Source: a virus
DNA: 64,000 nucleotides
Direction: 5' to 3' (one strand)
IMG/VR virus record: IMGVR_UViG_3300044705_000115
Location: 66,044-130,043 of that record
The notes beneath the pieces are model-generated. The model saw only the letters and a program-made list of their open reading frames with translations, was not told the DNA's origin and made no database searches. Shown piece by piece: positions 63,649 to 64,000 of this stretch (the first letter of the stretch is position 1; every line of letters begins with the position of its first letter). The position numbers and the translations under genes were made by a program.

Positions 63649-64000
63649 CAGAAGGGGATGTCGTCTTCGCCGCCCGTGACCTGGGAGCCCTCGTAGTCCG
63701 GCCCAGGCGGATCGACGCCCTCGTCACGATGGGCGCCACCGACGCTTTCTTTGCCGCCGAGAAACTGAACGGTGTTGGCGATGATGTCCACCGCCTGACG
63801 CTTGTTGCCGTCTTTGGTCTCCCACTCGTGCCAGTCCAGCCGTCCTTCGATGGCGACGGCGCGGCCCTTGGCGAGGTAGTTGGCGCAGTTCTCGCCCTGC
63901 GCCCCCCAGACCGTCACGTCGAAGTAGTTCGGCTTGTCGATCCATTCGCCCGACTGGCCGTCTTTGCGGCGGCTGTTGACCGCCACCCGCAGCTTGCAGA
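63648..64000 (-). CDS. ssb: Single-stranded DNA-binding protein (5' truncated)
   Basis: YFDVTVWG..YLAKG..IEGRL..W; acidic DDIPF tail. Confidence 0.95.
   Translation of the reverse strand, partial: CKLRVAVNSRRKDGQSGEWIDKPNYFDVTVWGAQGENCANYLAKGRAVAIEGRLDWHEWETKDGNKRQAVDIIANTVQFLGGKESVGGAHRDEGVDPPGPDYEGSQVTGGEDDIPF

Noticed and set aside
1-64000. tRNA, rRNA, integrase/att site, reverse transcriptase/DGR, IS element, alternative genetic code
   Set aside because: None recognised by eye. Genes translate to full length with the standard code, and all three stop codons are used.

Overview
The whole window is a GC-rich tailed-phage (or prophage) segment, almost entirely on the minus strand. A sheath, a tube and a PBSX/XkdP-Q-R-S-T-like baseplate indicate a contractile-tailed myovirus. 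The SSB and several small proteins look actinobacterial, probably Thermoleophilia/Solirubrobacterales (recalled similarity, not searched). Read in transcription order (64000 to 1), the modules are: (1) SSB, an HNH protein, and a divergent Ku / ATP-dependent ligase pair; (2) a 1500-aa protein with four peptidoglycan-binding domains, then protease/scaffold, capsid, neck, tail, baseplate and fibre genes; (3) lysis genes (M15 endolysin, holin, second lysozyme-like protein); (4) Bet plus exonuclease; (5) two amino-MTases, a lambda-O-like initiator with internal iterons, a DnaC-like loader, RusA and an SNF2 helicase; (6) a collagen-like moron, HARE-HTH, GHKL-zincin, HD hydrolase and a membrane-protein cluster; (7) C5-MTase, MazG-like, Dam-like MTase and ParB; (8) terminase and portal. 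No integrase, tRNA or CRISPR array was seen. The main highlights are a possible self-contained phage NHEJ module with mirrored promoters, and an overprinted EcoHK31I-beta-like ORF inside a multi-module C5-MTase. Also notable are a start-associated CCGACCAAGGAG element, a repeated late-promoter block, and recurring GCWGC sites in promoters and origin iterons. All family calls come from motif recognition by eye.
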